Made by a program: the position numbers and the translations under genes. A stretch of DNA of 64,000 nucleotides from Synechococcus sp. (GTDB lineage: Bacteria; Cyanobacteriota; Cyanobacteriia; PCC-6307; Cyanobiaceae): the NCBI GenBank assembly GCA_047285805.1, contig JBJBCN010000002.1:992001-1056000 (forward strand), given 5' to 3'. Within the stretch, counting starts at the first letter, position 1; each line of letters starts with the position of its first letter. Under the pieces are notes generated by a model. That model saw only the letters and a program-made list of their open reading frames with translations. It ran no database searches and was not told where the DNA came from. This document shows, in pieces, positions 53,288-64,000 of this stretch.

Positions 53288-53322
53288 AAAAAGCCGCTGG
53301 GGATTGAGCTCCGGCGGCTTTT
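53288..53322. terminator. Bidirectional terminator-like hairpin
   Basis: AAAAAGCCGCTGGGG...CTCCGGCGGCTTTT. Confidence 0.65.
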
Positions 53323-53462
53323 CTCTTGCCAGACGTGCTGACGTTGAGGCTTATGGCTGCGTTGCTCGCCCAACATCCCAAAACATCTGGACCACTCGAG
53401 CTAAGTCTTCAGGCAGGGGGGCTCGCTCGGGCTTGATTCGCACCTATCTATTTGTAGGCAAC

Positions 53463-53488
53463 AAAAAAGCCACCCTTTTGGGGTGGCT
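53463..53488 (-). terminator. rrn operon terminator
   Basis: Minus strand AGCCACCC-CAAA-AGGGTGGCT followed by a T run, downstream of 5S. Confidence 0.75.
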
Positions 53489-53561
53489 ATCTCGTCTCAA
53501 CCCATGGCTGACCTCATCAGAGGAAAGCAGCATGGATTGAGTTAATGGAGCGAATGTTTTA

Positions 53562-53678
53562 CCTGGCATCGACCTATTTTCTCAGGGGGCTACCCCCCAA
53601 ATATCGTCGGCGCTACAGCGTTTCACAGCCGAGTTCGAGATGGATCGGAGTGGTTCCACTGCGCCATGGACACCAGGA
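53562..53678 (-). rRNA. rrf: 5S rRNA
   Basis: Reverse complement begins TCCTGGTGTCCATGGCG; CCATCTCGAACTCGG core; ends GCCAGG. Confidence 0.97.
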
Positions 53679-53825
53679 TAGGTATTCGCTCTCAGGTGAA
53701 CCCTGAGAACTGCACAGGTTACGAACTGATCTCTTGCTTGCTTTCGCAAGCGCAAGTTAGTCGCTCTGGAATTCAAAAGCTCTCCACGTTGACGGTTAAG
53801 TCGTTGTGTTTTGAGAGATGAGATT

Positions 53826-56700
<2,875 letters not shown>

Positions 56701-56910
56701 AATTAATCCTCCTAACGCTTCAGGCTGTTGAGGCCCATTCTCTCGAGTTTCTCTTAAAGCATTGCTGCTTGAGTTAGAAACAAGGATCAAACTCCCCGTT
56801 CCTCGGCGGATTGGGAAGAACGCTAGAAGGTCTCGGCTCTCAAAAATAGAATCACTAGTTCTTTCGAACTAGCCTCTATGAGATGCTTTTGTCTTTCCAG
56901 ACTCACCTAT

Positions 56911-56926
56911 GCAGTTGTCAAGGTTC
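56911..56926 (-). promoter_or_regulatory. ITS boxA antitermination element
   Basis: GAACCTTGACAACTGC on the minus strand. Confidence 0.75.
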
Positions 56927-57101
56927 TGCTAAATCCTCTCTCTTTCGGGAGTGAACTCAGCATCAGCTCAATCTTGACTCAAGTTTGAATCAGCAATGAG
57001 CTGAGGCTGAATACATCTGGTAAAACCAGTGGATTCTCTGCGAACAACGTCTAGTCACCAACCAAGAAGCTCTTCCTGGCTTAGGAGTTCAGATGTGTTA
57101 G

Positions 57102-57174
57102 TGGAGGTTAGCGGACTCGAACCGCTGACATCCTGCTTGCAAAGCAGGCGCTCTACCAACTGAGCTAAACCCCC
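57102..57174 (-). tRNA. trnA: tRNA-Ala (TGC)
   Basis: GGGGGTTTAGCTCAGTTGGTAGAGCGCCTGCTTTGCAAGCAGG...CCTCCA. Confidence 0.97.
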
Positions 57175-57200
57175 AAATGATCCAAAACTGGATTTTGGAA

Positions 57201-57274
<74 letters not shown>

Positions 57275-57449
57275 AGGAAGTGAACCCTCTATGGGGTGAC
57301 CTAGACAACGTTTAGGAACTAAAAATCAATGAATCAGCAGAGCGAGCTCTCTGACTACTGAAGTTGAGGTACCGATCGACCTAAGGTGACAGGATTTCGG
57401 CCTAAGAATAAAAGTACTCAAGCATCAAAATCGTTGTTTGTCTCCCTGT

Positions 57450-58931
<1,482 letters not shown>

Positions 58932-59384
58932 GTAGATCAAATCCTATTGACTGCTTACGCAATCTCAATCTGATTTGCTTCACCCACAACTCGCACTGGC
59001 GCACGGTTGCAGTTGATGCCACTTCCTCTGACAGAAGCGTTCAAAGAGTGCAAAACAAAATCTCTTTCGTTCAGACTTTCCAGGATCTCAGATCCGGTCG
59101 TTGCTCCACTCGCTGCACACCGACACAACCATCAACCGTGAGAGTCGACAATCATGCAAGCAACAAGCTTCCACAACTAAAAAACTTTTGACGGGACCTC
59201 ACACCCTCACTGCATCTTCGTTAACCACAAAACCTTCACCTCTCGGCTCTGGCGGTGACTAACGCAGTGAAAGCGTCAGTTCCTAAACGTTCAGTTGTCC
59301 AGGTGCTCCGATCGCCACACGCTTCTCAGCTCGACCCTCTCAGGTCTTTCGGGCTCTCGGTCCGCGGCCTCGCGACCGCTTGTT

Positions 59385-59484
59385 GAACTTACATCACCGA
59401 GTTCCCTCGGCTTTCAGTTCACTAGCGGCATCGCTGCCGCCGATCGAACCTACACCACCAAGTTTCCTCGGCTTCCAGTTCGCT
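59385..59484. repeat. Imperfect 39-bp direct repeat in the rrn leader
   Basis: GAACTTACATCACCGAGTTCCCTCGGCTTTCAGTTCACT (59385) and GAACCTACACCACCAAGTTTCCTCGGCTTCCAGTTCGCT (59446). Confidence 0.85.
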
Positions 59485-59518
59485 GCTCACTCACCTCGCG
59501 GTTTGCTCGCAGCACATA

Positions 59519-59524
59519 ATCATA
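59519..59524 (-). promoter_or_regulatory. Putative rrn -10 element TATGAT
   Basis: Near-consensus -10 upstream of the leader repeats and leader boxA (~59289-59306); no clear -35. Confidence 0.5.
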
Positions 59525-59562
59525 ACAGAGACGCTGTCGCCTCCTCTACCGATCGGCGTTGT

Positions 59563-59871
59563 TCAGAGGTCCTCGCCGGACTCCGAATCGGAGAGGAAGG
59601 TCTCCAAGGTCGTCAGCAGGAGGGCCAAGGCTGAATGACGATCAAGATCCGTACCACTGACATAGTCCAGCCACTGCCCTGAGAGCTGCTCGATCTGGGA
59701 GAACAGGGCCTGTCCCTCCCGCAGCCGCTCCATCACCCGATCGACGTTCGCCTCATCGGTTTCCGGTAGGGGACCCACGACGTAACGGCGTCCGTCGTCC
59801 CCCACATAGGTGAGGTTGCCGTCCGCATCAAAGATCGGAACCGCATGGGGTGTGATCGGTCTGTCGTCCAC
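59563..59871 (-). CDS. Hypothetical protein
   Basis: 3' part of ORF 59563..60222 from a GTG start: DDRPITPHAVPIFDADGNLTYVGDDGRRYVVG. Confidence 0.65.
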   Translation of the reverse strand: MDDRPITPHAVPIFDADGNLTYVGDDGRRYVVGPLPETDEANVDRVMERLREGQALFSQIEQLSGQWLDYVSGTDLDRHSALALLLTTLETFLSDSESGEDL

Positions 59872-59942
59872 AGCTCCCCCACCAACTGCTAACCCCTGGT
59901 TAGCTCTGCCCAGGGCCTGCGGCAACCTGCCAGGCTGCGGCC

Positions 59943-61849
<1,907 letters not shown>

Positions 61850-61881
61850 CTACGAAAAGACAGCAGACCTAAATCAAATGA

Positions 61882-62424
61882 TCAGCCCTCCTTGGGCCCC
61901 GCTTCGAATTGATCTGTCAGCAAACGCCGCTGGTACTCCGCCGTAAGGGCGTTGAGGTGGTCTGCCGCTGCCGCCTCCATCTCCTCATCGATCTGATCGA
62001 AAGCCGTCCCTTCAGGGACAGTGATCCCGAGCACAAGGGCCAACGCGTCGAACAAACGCACCTGGTCGTTCTGCCAGGCCTGATAGTCACCGGCGACCTC
62101 GATCAAGGCGTCCTGCTCGACCGTTCCGCGATCCACCTCCGTGCGGATCGTCTGAATCTGGGCCAGCCGCGCTGAGCTGACCACCGCGTGGGCAGCACCC
62201 AGGGCCGCCAAGGCATCGCTGGCCTCACGCTTCAGGACGCTCAGGTCCCGGTTGCGCACGGCCTTATCAATGGTCATGGGGGAACGCAGGCCCGGCATCT
62301 GACTGACCGCTGAGCGCTTCTGGGGCGTCGGGGCTGGACGAATCGCTGCGGTCGGGGGTTTCAAGGCCTGCCCCCAACGAATCAGGGCATTCCCCAGGCG
62401 CCTTCTCCAACCCCGTTTTGCCAT
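61882..62424 (-). CDS. Hypothetical protein
   Basis: 180-aa ORF with helical C-terminal region and typical codon usage. Confidence 0.7.
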   Translation of the reverse strand: MAKRGWRRRLGNALIRWGQALKPPTAAIRPAPTPQKRSAVSQMPGLRSPMTIDKAVRNRDLSVLKREASDALAALGAAHAVVSSARLAQIQTIRTEVDRGTVEQDALIEVAGDYQAWQNDQVRLFDALALVLGITVPEGTAFDQIDEEMEAAAADHLNALTAEYQRRLLTDQFEAGPKEG

Positions 62425-62496
62425 TCACTGCCAACTCGACCTGCATCCAATCTGACGGGACAGGGGCGAAATGGGTAGCGGGAAACCGAATGGGTC

Positions 62497-63316
62497 CTAG
62501 GGGATCTGCTCGAGTTGCAGGGAGCTGTGCTCCTCCCCAAGCCGCAGCAGATCGGCGGCCGGGACGTCCTGCACCTGGAAATGGGCCGTCAGGGCAACCC
62601 AGCGTCCACCCAACCCCAAGACATGCAATTCGCTGACCGCCATCACTCCAGAAAACCCGCGTAGGGCCGCCTCGATCACCTGCAGGTCCTGGCCCTCTGG
62701 CACCGCATCCAGGCTGGCCGCCAAGGCTTGCTTGGGGAGTCCTTAGGCACTGACCACGACGGCCGCACCGACCTCGATGGCCGTGATCGCACCAGCTCGG
62801 TTCGGCCAGTCAGCGCCACCAAGATCGCGCTAGGCAATACCGCCGCGGAGACCGCCGCATCACTCAGCAGATGCAGCACCGCCGCCCGGCGATTGAGATC
62901 CAGGCGAGATTCCGCGCCAAAGAGTCGAGCCGAGAGCAGGTTGATTGCAATACCCGTGGCGGCTACCACCGCAACGGGACCGGCCACCAGGGGTTAAGGC
63001 TGCTGCAGGCGGTCGAGTCCCACCACCAGCCCCGCACCAAAGACCAGCAAGCGATTGATCAAGGCCGCCAGGTGGGTGCTACGTCCATAGCCATAGCTGA
63101 AGCGACCCCGGGCAGGGCGCAGGCTCAGCCGCTCGGCGCCCCAAATCAGGAGAAAACCCACCACATCCCCCAGGTGGTGGGTCGCATCGCCGATCAGGGC
63201 CAGCGAGCCAAAGCCAGAGCAAATCGCATGCTGGGCCCGGCCAGTAGGGCCTTGAGCAGAACACTCCAGCGAAACGCTGCGGCTGCGTCGCCGTGATGGT
63301 GGTGACGCGCTCCCAT
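62497..63316 (-). pseudogene. Cation diffusion facilitator (CzcD-like) pseudogene
   Basis: MGARHHHHG, frameshift, SLALIGDATHHLGD, FSYGYGR, TAA at 62994, LNRRAAVLHLLSDA, frameshift, ELHV..LTAH. Confidence 0.85.
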
Positions 63317-63367
63317 CGATCAGCGGCAACCACAGCGCTTTTAAAGTATTTTTCTGGACTCGAGGCC

Positions 63368-64000
63368 ATGGCCGCATCCTCCCTACAGCAACACGCCATC
63401 GCCCCAGCTACGGTCCTGCGGGGCGAAGTAGCATGGGCTCAAGCCCTTCCCCTGATCGCTGACATAAGTCAAGCGCCGCTGCTGCTTGGCCGCAGCGCTG
63501 TCACCCAAGCCCTACGCGAAGGGCTGAAGACCGATCTGGAAGAGCACGGTCTGACGGTAACTAGCGCGGAACTGGAGTTCGACTGCTGCGAAACCGACCT
63601 CAGGCGCCTCGCCGAACTGAGCCAAGCAAACGGCTGCGATGGGGTGCTGGCCTGCGGCGGCGGAAAGGTGCTCGATGCTGGCAAGTTGCTGGCCCACCGC
63701 CTCGGCCTCCCCTGCATCACCGTCCCCAGCAGCGCGGCCACCTGCGCGGGTTGGACGGCCCTGGCCAACCTCTACAGCCCAAAAGGTGCGTTCGAGGGAG
63801 ATGTCGCCCTCGATCACTGCCCCGAGCTGCTGGTCTTTGACCACGCCCTGGTGGCCTCGGCCCCCAAGCGCACCCTGTCCAGCGGCATCGCCGATGCCAT
63901 GGCCAAGTGGTATGAGGCCTCCGTCAGCAGCGGCTCAAGCAGCGATGGCCTTGTGCAACAGGCAGTGCAGCAGGCCCGAGTCCTGCGGGATCAACTCCTG
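63368..64000 (+). CDS. gldA: Glycerol dehydrogenase-like iron-containing alcohol dehydrogenase, partial
   Basis: Manual translation: GGGKVLDAGK, VPSSAATCA, SGIADAMAKWYE; open to the window end. Confidence 0.88.
   Translation, partial: MAASSLQQHAIAPATVLRGEVAWAQALPLIADISQAPLLLGRSAVTQALREGLKTDLEEHGLTVTSAELEFDCCETDLRRLAELSQANGCDGVLACGGGKVLDAGKLLAHRLGLPCITVPSSAATCAGWTALANLYSPKGAFEGDVALDHCPELLVFDHALVASAPKRTLSSGIADAMAKWYEASVSSGSSSDGLVQQAVQQARVLRDQLL

Overview
GC-rich window from a picocyanobacterium (Synechococcus/Cyanobium-type, judged from psbY, cyanoP, ycf54, crtH and an rrn operon with tRNA-Ile and tRNA-Ala). Most of it is intact core genome: trmFO-crtH, grxD-bolA, pdxJ-ycf54, recC-recB-recD, deaD, rbp, ugd, recR-lipA, the lysA-cdaA-uppS-bioB-trhO operon, clpC, a complete minus-strand rRNA operon, gap and a partial gldA. 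The first ~8.3 kb, downstream of tRNA-Lys(TTT), is an accessory region. It holds a GH57, a FAD2-like desaturase, several gene relics (including a dead sigma-70 factor) and small elements missing from the ORF track: a candidate PsrR1-like sRNA, a 23-aa hydrophobic microprotein with its own terminator, and a 51-aa membrane protein. Elsewhere, four transport genes (FUSC, TolC, AEC, CDF) are decayed among intact neighbours, a Yfr1-like structured element follows rbp, and there is a GST-DUF952 fusion. I found no CRISPR array, transposase, integrase, prophage or clear novel multi-gene system. All family calls come from motif recognition by eye, with no database searches.
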